The position numbers and the translations under genes are program-made. Positions 24,975 through 36,900 of a DNA stretch of 64,000 nt are shown here, one piece after another (positions within the stretch are counted from its first letter, which is position 1; each line of letters begins with the position of its first letter). Where the stretch lies: contig MU056898.1 in the NCBI GenBank assembly GCA_013239625.1, positions 1,455,717-1,519,716 of the forward strand, written 5' to 3'. The notes below the pieces were generated by a model. It was not told the origin of the DNA and searched no databases. It was given only the letters and a program-made list of their open reading frames with translations. This stretch comes from Lama guanicoe (Eukaryota).

Positions 24975-25310
24975 AGCAAGGTCTCTGCTCCTGCTCGTCC
25001 GACCAAGTGGCCCAGACACAGGGCTTACTCAGCAGACGCTCACTGCTCACGGTTCTGGAGGCTGGGCGTCCCAGATCCAGGTCCTGGCCAGTCTGGCTCC
25101 TGGAGAGCCCTGTTCTGGTCTTGCAGACAGCTGCCCTCCTGTGGGTCTTCACAGGGCAGAGGGAGAGTGAGAGAAGAGAAGAAAGGGGTCGGGGAGAAGA
25201 CACTTCTTCTGAGGGCGCTAATCCCACCGCGCCACGCTCGCCACCCAAGCACCCACAAGGATCTCTCCTAATGCCGCCACCCTAGGGGCTAGGGCTTCCA
25301 CACCTGGCCC
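24975..25310 (-). mobile_element. MLT1A-like (MaLR) LTR
   Basis: 'ctcacggttctggaggctggg...ttgcagacagctgccctcctgtgggtcttcacagggcagag...gggcgctaatccca...ggggctagggcttccaca'. Confidence 0.7.
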
Positions 25311-27589
25311 TTCTGTCCCCGCAGGTGTCCTCCCGCTCTCGGCCTTGTCACCCCTAGGGGCCCAGGGGCAGGTGGCTGGAGCTCTGAGCTGACCAGGGCC
25401 GGAGGGGTCCAGGCGTCCAAGCTCCAAGAAGGCAAAACTGAGAGTCTAGTCCCTCCCTCCGGCCTCTGGGGAGCCCAGCTGAGTCCCTGACCCTCCTTCC
25501 CTGGTCTCAGCAGGCTGTCCCTGACCCCTGGCCCCCACCCACTCCCTCAGGACCTGTAGTCTGGGCTCTGCTGGCCGGGCGGGACCACAGCCCCGGGGCT
25601 GCGACCTGTGCTCTGAGCCCCCGGCCCTGGGCCTCAGTTGCTCCCCCTGCTGAGAGCAGGGGCTGGGCTGACCACCTCTAAGGGCCTCGTGGCCTGTTTC
25701 CTGGGGCCCCGGGGTTCCGAGCAACAAAGTCAACCACAGCAGGGAGGGCAGCTGGGCACTTCACGGGCTTTCTAATTCAATCCCCACACGACCGCCTTCC
25801 TGCCCCTGCGGCGGCAGAATGGCCCCCACCAGCCATGGGGGCGCTCCTGCCTCCGAGTGAGGCCTCTCTCCTGTGGTGCGGGAGCCTCTGCGGGCCCCCC
25901 TCACCAGTGGCCGCTCACAGAGGGACCCCAGGTGGGACCCTGCCCAGCCCACCTCAGCCCCCTTGCTTCCCCCCCGAGCCTTGACTGGCCCTGTCCGGGG
26001 AGCTCAGTGTCAGTCTCTCTGGGGTTGGGGGTCCCGTGGGGGCTGTGCTCCAGCAGATGCCCTGGGAGCCTTTAGACCCTTTGCTTAGACCCCAACACCC
26101 TGACTGCAACTGATGTTACAGCCGAGGGAGGACTGACCATGGCCCGCCCAGCGCCAGGCGGGCAGCCGAGGCCACCAGAGACGCAGGGGCACCGCCTCAG
26201 CCAGAGGAGCTGGGAGTGCTGGGGGGCGGTCAGGGAAGGCTCCTCCTCGGGCCAGGGCTGGGCTGAGAACCGCGAGGCTTCTCAGCACAACCCTGCGCTG
26301 AGAGACCTGACCGACCCCGCAGGGCTTCCAGCTGAGGCCACGTCCGGGGACCCCAGCCCCCTTCTGGGTTCCCAGCTGGAAAGCCCTCAGGGGCCAAGAG
26401 GATCTGCCGATGGTTGGGCCAACACCTGACACAGGCCCCGTCCCTCCTGAGAGCATGTTCCAGAAGGCGGGCAGCTGTGACGCCCTCCTCTCCTCCTACG
26501 ACTAGGGGGTCTCTCTCAGGGACCACAGGCGTCCTCTGAGCGCCAGCCTCAGGCGGACGGCCTGTCCTGGGCTCCGGGCTCCGGGCCCCTGACTGGTGGC
26601 TGCCGGCAGCCGCCAGCGCATCTGCGCTGGCCACACGGCCAGCTTCCCCGGAGCCCTCTCCCTCTCCTGCCTTTAAGACAGTGCTTTCCCCCGCTGCAGT
26701 GGTCACTGGATAAGATCTGCTTCCCAGGTTTAGCTAGTGTCTGACTTCGTTTCTCCGTGACGCCGCCTTTCTGAAGCACTTGGTCTGCGAGGAGAGGGCT
26801 GCGTCCGTCACAAGTGATTGCCTCTTCCTCCGTGAAGGGGCCACCACTCTGCAGGGACCCCTCAGCGGTCCCCTCAGAGGAGGCCACTGGCTGCAAGTGG
26901 CGGGTCTGTGGGCTGGGCCGTTGGCCCTGTTCCTTGTTCCTGGTGAGGAGGTGGGACTACAGCCAGAGGCCCCGGGACTGCAGAGCCTGAGGACGGCGTG
27001 AAGACCCCAGGAAGAGGAGGCCGTGAGGGTCTCAGCGTGGACCCTCGCTCAGAGGGTGATGTCCTCTGCCACCGAGCAGACTTGGTAGATACCACAGTGA
27101 CCCACTGCGCAGGCCAGCAAACTGAGGCCGGACCGACGCCCCCGGTCCTGCCCGGTGAGGGCCCGTGTCCCCCCTGGGGGCTGGGCTGGAGCTGGCCCGT
27201 CCCTCCTGCCCTGCTGCCAGCTCTGTCCACTCGCGGCCGCGGACTCCCTCCTGGTCCCCACCGCAGGGGCCCAGAGCCTGCCTTCGACCCACAGACGGGA
27301 GAAGACACTGAAGGTCTGGCACGGGCGGACTGGGATCCGGGGCCGCCCTTCCTAGCTGCGTGTCCTTGGGCGCGTCCCTGCGGAAGGTCAGCCTCACCGG
27401 AGGAGGCGGTGACAGCGCCCCCTCGCCAGGTAGACAGCGGCGGCCAGGCGCCGCCGGCCTCCCGCCGCGAGAGGGCGGAGGAGGCACCGCGCAGGCGCCG
27501 GGTCCCTCTCGCCTGCCCGCCCCCCGCCCCCGCTGCGCTGTTTTGCTTCCGGTTGTCCCGGAAGTAGGGGTCCGGGGCGGCTTCCTGTT

Positions 27590-27636
27590 CCGGGGCGGCG
27601 GCGGCGGCGGCGGCGCTCCGGTGCGATGCGCCAGGA
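27590..27636 (+). other. INTS1: INTS1 non-coding exon 1 (start approximate)
   Basis: Donor GGA|GTGAGC at 27637, just downstream of the ETS sites. Confidence 0.6.
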
Positions 27637-27849
27637 GTGAGCGGGCCGCGGCTGCGGGCGGGACGGACCTTCCTCGGGTCCGAGGCGGGGTCGCGCTCCG
27701 GGCATCACTGCGCGCGGCGGGCCGGGCCGCTCGCCCCAGGCCCCAGCCCGGACGGTCGAGCTGAATGAATGGGCGGGCGGCTGCCTTGGCGCCGGTCTGC
27801 GCTCCCCTGAGGCGGCGAGGAGCGGCGAGGGGCCGGGGACCGAGGCAGG

Positions 27850-27907
27850 ATGAACCGGGCCAAGCCCGCCGCCGTCCGCAGGCCCAGCGCGGCGGCCAAG
27901 CCTTCAG
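27850..27907 (+). CDS. INTS1: INTS1 exon 2 (coding part)
   Basis: MNRAKPAAVRRPSAAAKPS; ATG in aggATG context; donor GT 27908. Confidence 0.95.
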
Positions 27908-30900
27908 GTGCGCGGCCTCTCCCGGCGGCGCGCGGCGGGCTGCTTCGGGGCTTCTTCCTGACTCCGAGGCTAAGGCGCTTTCCAGGAGTGGGGTCTGGAA
28001 GGGTAGCCCTTGGTCCCAGGCGGCGCTGGGAGCCCAGGGCGCGGGGTTGGGGCAGCTGCGACTGTCTCGTCTGACTGCGTCCGAGGCGGGAGACAGCAGC
28101 CAGGAGTCCTGGTCCAGGGGCGGCGCAAACGCAGCGGCTGAAGGCGGATGGAAGCCAGACTGGCCTCCGCTCCGCGCTTGGCCACTCGCTAGCCGTGTGG
28201 CCTCGGGCTCGTTTCCTAACCTCTCTGTGTCTAGGTGCGCTCATCTGTAAAGTGCCTGGCCTATAGTAAGCTCCCTGTGGCCATCGACCATCGTTGTTGC
28301 TACGGCCATGAGGTCCCAGCTCTGCTGTGGACTTGCTGGGTGGTCTGTTTCTTGCCTCCCCTGACTCTCGTGTAGTCCTCCTCTGAAGTAGCCGGAGGTT
28401 GGGGTCCGTCTCCGACACGCTTTCCACCTGGGCCTCTGTGTGAAGGTGCACGTTTCTCCGCGTCTCTTCTCTGCAGGGCACCCTCCACCTGGTGACTTCA
28501 TAGCTCTGGGCTCAAAGGGTCAGGCCAACGAATCGAAGACGGCATCCACCCTGCTGAAGCCTGCCCCTTCCGGCCTGCCGTCGGAGCGCAAGCGGGATGC
28601 TGCGGCCGCTTTGGCTGGTGCCTCGGCCCTGACCGGCCTCACCAAACGCCCCAAACTCTCCTCCACACCCCCTCTGAGCGCCTTGGGCCGCCTGGCTGAG
28701 GCTGCAGTGGCAGAGAAACGCGCTATCTCCCCCTCGATTAAAGAACCATCTGTGGTCCCCATTGAAGGTAAAATCAGCCCTGGAGAACGCAGCTTACACC
28801 TTGTCTGTCACCAGGGGTTGGGAAGGGCCACCTCCAGGCTCAGCACCGTAGCTGTAACGCAGGCTGTTTGGAGAATTGGGGAGGGGAGTTGTCTGGAGTT
28901 TGTCTTTCGAAGTGCCTCTCACACAAATGCCCCCGCCCACTTGAAGTTCAGAGTCTGACAGTGATGGGGACGTGTGTGTGTGATGCAGGGCGAGGTGGCG
29001 CAGGTCGGTCTGGGGCCCTGACGTGCTGCTGCCACGTGGGGGGAGCAGCGTGGACAGCTGGTGCCTCAGTGGCCTCGTCTGCAGTTCTCAGGGCTCCTGT
29101 CAGTGAAGCAGACAGAGCACGTGCCCGGGCTCCCTGGATTGGAAGGCGCAGTGTGGGTTTCCCTTGTCTTCGCTCTCTGTGGCTCCCCGCTTCGGGGGAG
29201 GAGTGGCGTGAGGTGATGCGCTCCTGGTGGACCGCCGTGCCTGTCCTTTGGGAACAGGCTGACTTCTCGGTTCACCTGCTGGTCTGACATGTTTGCAGAG
29301 CACCTGCTTGGCGACAGGCTGTGCTTGAGCTCAGGGGTGAGTGGCCGCGGAGTCGGACGGGTGCTGCTCTCTGGGCTGTGTGTCTGGTGATTACCCCTCT
29401 CCACCGGGATGGGGAGGCCCGCCCTTCCTCGTCCTTTCTCCTAGTTACAGACAGTGAGTGGTCTGCCTCTCTGCTTTATTTCCTTTTAGCTAGAGAGGTA
29501 ATAAAACACCAAAGACAGATCTAAAGCTCATGCGTAAGCCTGTTGTTTACACAAAAGTGTTTAATTCTGTGTGCATCTAGCGTGGCCCTAGTTTTCTGAA
29601 CCACTTTCCTGTTGATTATTTCTAGTGGCTTCGTAAGACCTGTAGATCAGATTGGGTAGATGTCACACCAGGCCCGGTGTTGAGTGTGTAGGTGCTCGTG
29701 TGACAGCCGTGGGGGAGAGAAGGAGCGTCAGGGAACTGTGACGTGAACTTGAGCCTCAGAGACTGGATGGGACTTCGACAGGCAGTCAGGGGTGTTGGAG
29801 GAGAAACCGCTGAGCAGGGGCCTGCATCCTGGAGGAGGGGCCTGTGCTCAGGGGACCAGCTGGGGCTGGGCTGTGCTCAGGTCCTGAGCCGAGGCTGGTG
29901 GTGAGGCTGGTGGTGAGGGGAGACGCTATGCTGGGTTCGGTGGGTGTGGGGAGCCCTGGGGGCATGTGGAGCAGGCGTAGGGCTGGAGCTGTGCTTTGGG
30001 AGAGGACCCTGCCCTTCGGAGCCGCGGGTGCGGGTCAGGACGGCGAGCGCCTGCAGGGCCGAGGCGGACTCAGGCCGTGGTCTCTCAGCCGCAGACTGGG
30101 CTTCCTGGTCTTCTCGCTGCCTCATGACTCCCCAGAGGGTGGCTTTGAAGGCTAAACGGAACATGGTCGCGAACGGCGTGTTCTGAAGGATAAAGTACTT
30201 CACACACGTCTTTAGCAAAGCAGAGGGAAGGCTGGCTGTGGCTGTTTATAGCGTTTTCTCGGCCTGGACCTGCTGTGGCTCCAGTCCGTCTTTCCTGCCC
30301 GTTTGTCTTTTCCCCGGCACACAGAAAGCAGCCTGGAAGGCCTGCTGAACCCTCTGTGCTCCGTGCAGTTAAGGTAGCATCAGTGACACCACCTGCCTCT
30401 GTCTGGGCGTCTAAAACACAGCCGCAAGGAAGCCCCGGCATCAAAGGAGGCATCAAAATGAGAGTTAGAGAATGAGTGGAACTGAAACTGAATGTAGCAA
30501 ACGCAGCGCAAAGGGCGCGTGTGACGGGGCCCAGAGGGACACTCAGAGGAGCAGGGGGCTTCAGTTCAGGGGGTCCTGTCGAAGAGGGAGGGCAGCAGAC
30601 GAGTGGGGAGAGAGAAGGACTGATGCACGGATGAGGTGCCAGCAGCGCGGGCAGAGGGAGGAACCAGGGGTGGGTCTTTATTGAGACTGTGAAGGGGGAA
30701 TGCATCTGCAAGACAGCCTGGGGGGCTGGGGGGCTGGGGCCCTGGCACAGCCACAGTTAGAGAAGGTACTGTGAAACTTCGGGAAAAGGACCAACATGTG
30801 AACAAGTAAGCGTGTCTCAGGACCAGGTTGCTCTGTGGTGGCCACATGGGATGCAGCGAGAGGCGTCTGTCGGGGCCCAGTTGGCCCTGGGAACCCACAG

Positions 30901-33900
30901 GGCACTGTTCCTGCGCGCAGGCAGCACCTGCCCTGCTCCCGCCTCGGCTGCCACCGGGCCCTCCTTGGAGACCAGCTGAGTGGGGCACAGCTGAGACCCT
31001 TGCTGCCTGGTTTCTGCTGGTTGGCCTGGGGCTTTGGGGGCCCTGCGGGGCAGTCTCTGTTGTGGCCCTGGCTCAGACGGCCCATCTCCTGGCCAGTTGC
31101 ACCCGCAGTGCTGCTGGATGAGATCGAGGCGGCCGAGTTGGAGGGCAACGATGACCGGCTGGAGGGCGTGCTGTGCGGGGCCGTCAAGCAGCTGAAGGTC
31201 ACGCGGGCCAAGCCCGACAGCACCCTGTACCTGAGCCTCATGTACCTGGCCAAGATCAAGCCCAACATCTTTGCCACAGAGGGAGTCATCGAGGTGAGGG
31301 GAGGGGGCAGAGCGGTGGGCCCCCGGGGTGCGTGTGGGCCGCGCCCTGAGCGCAGGGGAGGCTCCCGCGGCCACCACACCGTCTCTCACAGGCTCTGTGC
31401 AGCCTCCTGCGGCGGGATGCCTCCATCAACTTCAAGGCCAAGGGGAACAGCCTTGTATCCGTGCTGGCCTGTAACCTCCTCATGGCCGCCTACGAGGAGG
31501 ATGAGAACTGGCCTGAGATCTTTGTCAAGGTGGGTCTGCCCTCCCCAGAGCCTGGATGACGTCGCTGTCCCTGTGAAGAGGACAGAGGGCCGGGGAGGGG
31601 GAGGCAGACCACTGGACAGCTGGAGGACCAGGAAGCAAACTGAGGGCGCTCTCGGAGGGCTGGGTCTCTGCTGGCCCAGGGCGGGCACCTTGTCTCCCGC
31701 GCTGCTGGGGGCACCGGGGAAGCCCTTGTGTCCTGCTCCTCTGCGCTCAGCTGGGAAGCAGGCTCCCAGCCCTCGAGCCCCGGAGGGCCGGCCGGGGAGC
31801 TGCCCACCAGGGTCAGGAGGTGCAGGCTTCTGTCGTGGACAGGTGTACATCGAAGACTCCTTGGGCGAGCGGATCTGGGTGGACAGCCCGCACTGCAAGA
31901 CCTTTGTGGACAACATCCAGACAGCCTTTAACACCAAGATGCCCCCCAAGAGCATGCTCCTGCAGGGGGAGGTGGGGCGCGGCGGCGGGGACCTCAGTGC
32001 TGGTGAGAGCTGCCAGGCAGCCGAGCTGGAGGAGGACGGGGCTCCTGGGATCCCCAGCCTGGGGGCCAGGGTGGGGCCCTGCCTCTCAGGGATGTGGGTG
32101 CTCATGGGCCAGGCGGGCACGTGTCCGTATGTGTCTACGAGACGCTTGATCTGCAGGGAGCAGCCCCCACCCATCCCTGACGGAGGAGGAGGACAGCCAG
32201 ACGGAGCTCCTGATCGCTGAGGAGAAGCTTAGCCCTGAGCAGGAGGGCCAGCTCATGCCCAGGTAGGTGCCACGCGGCCCCTCAACTAGCTGGGTGGACG
32301 CCCTGCCGGGTGGGGTGGGGCCTCAGGGGTGAGCGGGCGGGCCCCCTGAGGGAGCCTGCCTTCCTGCCTGCCTGCCTGCCTGCCTCCCTCCGGCCTAGGT
32401 ATGACGAGCTGGCAGAGAGCGTGGAGGAGTACGTCCTCGACATGCTGCGGGACCAGCTCAACCGGCGTCAGCCCATCGACAACGTATCTCGGAACCTCCT
32501 GCGGCTCCTCACCTCCACCTGCGGGTACAAGGAGGTGCGGCTGATGACGGTGCAGAAGCTGGAGATGTGGCTGCAGAACCCCAAGGTGAAGATGGGCTCC
32601 CCCGGCTCCCGTGGGCCCGGCCCGGCGGCCTGAGGCTGATGCGCCCTGCCCTGGCTACGTCTGCAGCTGACCAGGCCGGCCCAGGACCTGCTGATGTCCG
32701 TGTGCATGAACTGCACCACGCACGGCGCTGAGGACATGGACGTCATCTCCCACCTGATCAAGATCCGCCTCAAGCCCAAGGTGCTCCTCAACCACTACAT
32801 GCTCTGCGTCAGGTAGGGCTGGGCCGGGCCTGGGCCAGAGGGCCTGGGGGCAGGGGNNNNNNNNNNNNNNNNNNNNNNNNNNNNNNNNNNNNNNNNNNNN
32901 NNNNNNNNNNNNNNNNNNNNNGGGTGGGGCAGGGCTGTGAGGGCAGAGGGGTTGGCGGGCAGGTGGCTGGCCGCTTCAGCCCCCTTGGTTCGCTCGGCTC
33001 GGATCCAGGGAGCTGCTGACCGCACACAAAGACAATTTGGGCACCACCATCAAGTTTGTGATTTTCAACGAGCTCTCCAACGCCCGGAACCCGAACAACA
33101 TGCAGATCCTGCACACGGTGCTGCAGCACAGCTCAGAGCGGGCGCCCAAGGTGGGAGCCAGGCGGGCCACGTGTGGGCTCTGGAAGGGGCCAGGGGCCGT
33201 GCCCGGGGAGCTTTGCAGACACTGGAGGGGGCTGTCCAGGTAGCTCCAGCGTGGGTGCAGCTCAGTGCAGGACATCTCTCTCAAACTAAAGCCAGACTCC
33301 TCCAGGAGGAGTAGGGCTGAGTCCTGAAAACCGGCACCCGTTCCCAGCGGCAGTCTAGCCGTTCTGAGGGCTGGTTTCCGCCAGTGAAACAGGCACCCCC
33401 TTCGGCTCTGGCCTGGCCTTTGGATGCAGGGTCCCCTTTGCAGGGGGAGCCAAGAGCAGTTGTCCGTTGTCGTGAACACCAGCTAGGCTTCCACACAGTT
33501 CAGCTGCACAGGAGGCTAGTCCACGGTGCCAGCCCTCTGGTCGGCGCCATGTCGTCCTGCAGCCCAGCATTTCGGGAGAGGGCACGTCAGCGGTCAGGGT
33601 CGAGCCTGGGACGTGGCCAGGCCAGTGAGTGCATCCCTGCAGCTGGGGTGCCTGGAATTTAGGCACCCCCGCCCCTGCCCACCCCCCGCCTAGTGTCTGT
33701 TCATCTGTGCCCTCGCTAAGTGAGGCGCAGCTCCCAGGAGTTGAGACTCAGCCCCTGCTGTCAAAGAGCCAGGCCTGTGGAGAGAGAGCAAGTCGGCCTG
33801 AGAGCATGGCTGCGCTGCCTCTGCTCACCACCTGGTCACCCGCCTGGTGGCGCTTCAGGAGTGGGCGGGGCCTGTTCCCGGAGGGGCTCCTGCAGGGCTG

Positions 33901-36900
33901 ACCCCCTCACCCCGTGGCAGGCCTTTGCGGACGGAGGCGGGCGGGGCAGTCCAGCAGCTCCCCGNNNNNNNNNNNNNNNNNNNNNNNNNNNNNNNNNNNN
34001 NNNNNNNNNNNNNNNNNNNNNNNNNNNNNNNNNNNNNNNNNNNNNNNNNNNNNNNNNNNNNNNNNNNNNNNNNNNNNNNNNNNNNNNNNNNNNNNNNNNN
34101 NNNNNNNNNNNNNNNNNNNNNNNNNNNNNNNNNNNNNNNNNNNNNNNNNNNNGGAGTTCAAGGTGCCGGGCCCTCCCAGCCCCCTCTGCCCAGCCCTTGG
34201 CAGCCGCACAGGCCTCCTCTCCACTTGGCTGGGCTGTCTCTCAGGCTGTGTGAAGTGTCCTGGCTAAGTGATTGGTGCCCCGCAGGCACAGCAGCCCGTA
34301 GGCTCCATCCTGTGCGAGGGCGGAGCGGGGCAGGCCGGGTGCCCCTGGAGGAGTCAGCGTCCTCTGGGCTGGGTGTGGAGGTGGGGGCCGTTGCCGGCCG
34401 GGCTGGAGGGACTGGGGGACAGCGGTTGGAGTAGGCAGGGCAATGCAGATGGTGCCCAGAGGGACAGGAGGTCAGCCCTGAGTGGGTTTTACGGTGGGTT
34501 TGGGGGCGGTGGGAGGTGCTGTAGGAGGGGAGGACTTGGTGCAGACCGCGGAGCCCTCCTCTGCCATGTGGGCGAGTTTGCGGTCGGCCTTGTGTGGTGG
34601 GCCTCTAGCTGGGAGCTGTTGGCTGAACCACCTCCCTGTGCCCTGACCCGGCTTTCTTGCCAGTGGTTCTTGGTCCTAACACCTCCTGCCTAGTGTTCTC
34701 CCGTCCCAGCTGCTTGTGTTCTGGGGGTCTGATCCGGGTCTCATGGTTCTGGGCACTTCGGGACGTGAACCCCACTGAGCTGGGCCATGCTGCACCTGCA
34801 GGAGCGGTTTGTGATACACATCACGGACGTGCTGGCTGTGTCCATGATGCTGGGCATCACGGCCCAGGTGAAGGAGGCCGGCGTCGCCTGGGACAAGGGA
34901 GAGAAGAAGAGTGAGCATCCAGACAGGCTGGACTCCACTGGGGTTGGGGCTGGGGGCGGTGGTGTCCCCGAGGCCCGGCAGGGGCAGGAGGGCACTCCCA
35001 CAGCACAGCCCTAGAGACGCCGCTGTACCCTGTTCTCCCGCCTGGGCCACCGCCGTCCTCTGCCCAGGTCACTTGTTCACTGGAGTCCTGGCGCCACTGC
35101 GTCGGCCTTTCGGGCTCGTGGCTCTCTGGCCCAGGGGGCGGGGGGAGAAGGGAAGTGGGTTGAAGTCAGCCTGTTCTGGGTCGTTACTGATCCTGATGAG
35201 GGTGTGGCCGAGCAATGGCTGGAGTGGCAGCATCTGAAATCAGGTGTCGGCCTCACACGTGGTCCTCAACTGTGAGGGTGACTGGGGCTCGCTGAGCATC
35301 GTCCCAGCAGAGCTGGCCCGCGCCGCCTCGGCCTGCGCCCCTGACCTGCAGATGGGCAGGTTGCTTGTGCCCCGAGGCTGCCCTCCCTGCTCCTGGCGTC
35401 GAACTAGACCCTCCAGCTGCCGTGTGGGCACGCCATGACCCTCCCGTCCCTCTCAGACCTCGAGGTGCTGCGCTCCTTCCAGAACCAGATCGCTGCAATC
35501 CAGCGGGACGCCGTCTGGTGGCTCCACACCGTCGTCCCCTCCATCAGCAAACTCGCCCCCAAGGACTATGTGCACTGGTGCGGCCCGGCTTTGTTCTGCT
35601 TGGGGACTCTGGGCAGGACAGGCAGCTGCTTCCCTGGGCTGATGGTGACGAGCGACAGGGCTCACCTCACAGGGGACAAGCCACCCTGTTCACTGCCTGA
35701 CACCAGCCCCTCCAGTGCCGGAGGTGCCAGTGGGCGGCAGTGTCCCTCCTGTGCGTCAGAGCCCCAGGCAGGGCCTTCTGGTGGAGGGGAGGCAGAGTCC
35801 TGTCTGGCTGGGAGTGGGGGGCCTCTGTCACCCGCCAGCCTCCAGCCTTGTTGCGAGGGCTGCAGGCTCCCCAGAGGTGCTGCGGGGCTCAAGCTCAGGA
35901 GGCAGCCAGCCTCACACACGCAGCCTCCCAGCCCGTGGGAGACGCACGTCTGTCTGGGAGCTAATGGGCGGGGGAGCCTGGGTACCAGCCCTGACAGCCC
36001 TCCCTGCCCCGCAGCCTCCACAAGGTGCTCTTCACAGAGCAGCCGGAGACGTACTACAAATGGGACAACTGGCCGCCTGAGAGTGACCGCAAGTGCGTCC
36101 CCGCTGCCCGGTGTTGGGGAGGGTTAGCCCGCCCAGGGCCCGCATCTGGTCTTGGTGGTCCCGTTCCTGTCCCACCCCGCAAACCCCAAGCAGGCAAGGG
36201 GTCACTGCAGAGTCACCTCCACTCTCCCAGGGACTCCCCACCTCCACCGCCGGGAGTCCCCAGCGCCCCGCTCCCTCCTCACTTCCAAGCAGCTGTCCTC
36301 CCTCCCTGAGTGCTGTCGTGGCTTTGTCTCCTGAGCCAGGGCTCCCCTGCCCTGTGCCTCTGACAGATGTGGCTCTTGTCTGTCTCCTCTTTGGGCCCTG
36401 CTGCCCACCCAGCTGGGTCATCTCACCCCAACCTGTGTCCCAGTTTGGTGGATGAGGCTGGCCTGTGAGCCCCTGAGGGCCAGGCACCATCTCACGTTCT
36501 TCCTGGGATGGTGGAGCCCAGTCCACACAGGTGCCGGGGATAGGTGACCATGGGGGGGTGGGCGGCCACCTCCTGGCATTGACAGAAGTGGAGCTGAGGC
36601 ATTTCCTCTGTGGGGGAGTGCCTACGGGTGTGGAGAGGGTACCCAAGGGCCCAGCCTGTGCCCGCTCTGCCCCCAGCTTTTTCCTCCGCCTGTGCTCGGA
36701 GGTGCCCATCCTGGAGGACACGCTGATGCGCATCCTGGTCATCGGGCTGTCGCGGGAGCTCCCGCTCGGCCCTGCTGACGCCATGGAGCTGGCTGACCAC
36801 CTGGTGAAGCGGGCTGCAGCCGTGCAGGCGGATGGTGAGGGTCTCGGGCATGGGCCTGCTGCCCACAGGAAACAGCCTCCCACCGCCAGGCCCTTCTGCC

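Larger units (their letters stand above)
27200..28220 (+). promoter_or_regulatory. INTS1: INTS1 CpG-island promoter with GC boxes and paired ETS/GABP sites
   Basis: CpG-dense; CCCGCCCCC repeats ~27516-27532; CTTCCGG 27546-27552 and CCGGAAGT 27558-27565; (GGC)~7 at ~27594-27615; no TATA box. Confidence 0.85.

Noticed and set aside
30835-32220. 461-aa plus-strand ORF as an independent gene
   Set aside because: It is read-through of INTS1 exons 4 and 6 with intronic sequence; splice sites explain the coding parts.
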